DNA from: an uncultured Deinococcales bacterium
GTDB taxonomy: Bacteria > Deinococcota > Deinococci > Deinococcales > JAAFIG01
NCBI GenBank assembly: GCA_964244895.1
Contig: CAXTKV010000025.1
Location: 1 to 37,755 of the forward strand
DNA: 37,755 nt
Direction: 5' to 3'
This document shows, piece by piece, positions 37,515-37,755 of the stretch (positions are counted from its first letter, which is position 1; each line of letters starts with the position of its first letter). The translations under genes were made by a program, and so were the position numbers. Below the pieces are notes generated by a model. It was not told where the DNA came from. It was given only the letters and a program-made list of their open reading frames with translations, and searched no databases.

Positions 37515-37633
37515 AGAACCCTACCGATTCCGGCGCAAATCTCGAGAAATCGTGACTGCTCGCGGGGTGAATGGACAGTTCGCACCGGCCTCAGGATGGC
37601 TCGGACGAAATCACTTTCATATGAATCCCCATC

Positions 37634-37696
37634 GAGAACACCGTCCAGGACGGTCTTTTTTGCGAATCCAGGAACGGCGTGCTGGACGGTGTTCTT
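37634..37696. repeat. Palindromic family A, two cores
   Basis: GAGAACACCGTCCAGGACGGTCTT and GAACGGCGTGCTGGACGGTGTTC. Confidence 0.88.
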
Positions 37697-37755
37697 AAAA
37701 AATCAAGCCGGTTTGTTGCTGTCGAGGAGTTGCTCGAAGGCCCAGACCATGCGGG

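Overview
GC-rich bacterial chromosomal segment, most likely Deinococcota (inference: many leaderless genes with a TAnnnT box 5-7 nt before the start codon, strong CTCGAG excess, Thermus/Deinococcus-type gene content). It holds about 32 CDSs: two glycosyltransferases, an SPT/BioF-like alpha-oxoamine synthase, asparaginase II, an assimilatory nitrate cluster (nirA, nasA/narB, possible narK remnant, nrtABC), DUF1802, RodZ-like, psuG, two nucleoside ABC permeases, a CCA-adding/HD enzyme next to an RlaP-like Pol-beta nucleotidyltransferase, VOC, nfi, Mog-like, mutM, hisA, arginase, SDR, polysaccharide deacetylase, YfiT, M20 amidohydrolase and others, plus the SRP RNA gene. The unusual content is mostly small repeats. 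(1) An 18-bp hairpin-forming unit with 27-bp period is inserted in-frame into two unrelated enzymes (cca, arginase) and read in different frames. (2) About 25 copies of an AACACCGTCCWGGACGGTGTT palindromic family occupy most intergenic gaps and two CDSs. (3) There are GTAG-type REPs and a two-copy MITE-like element. No transposase, CRISPR array, tRNA or rRNA was seen. All product calls come from motif recognition by eye, not database searches.
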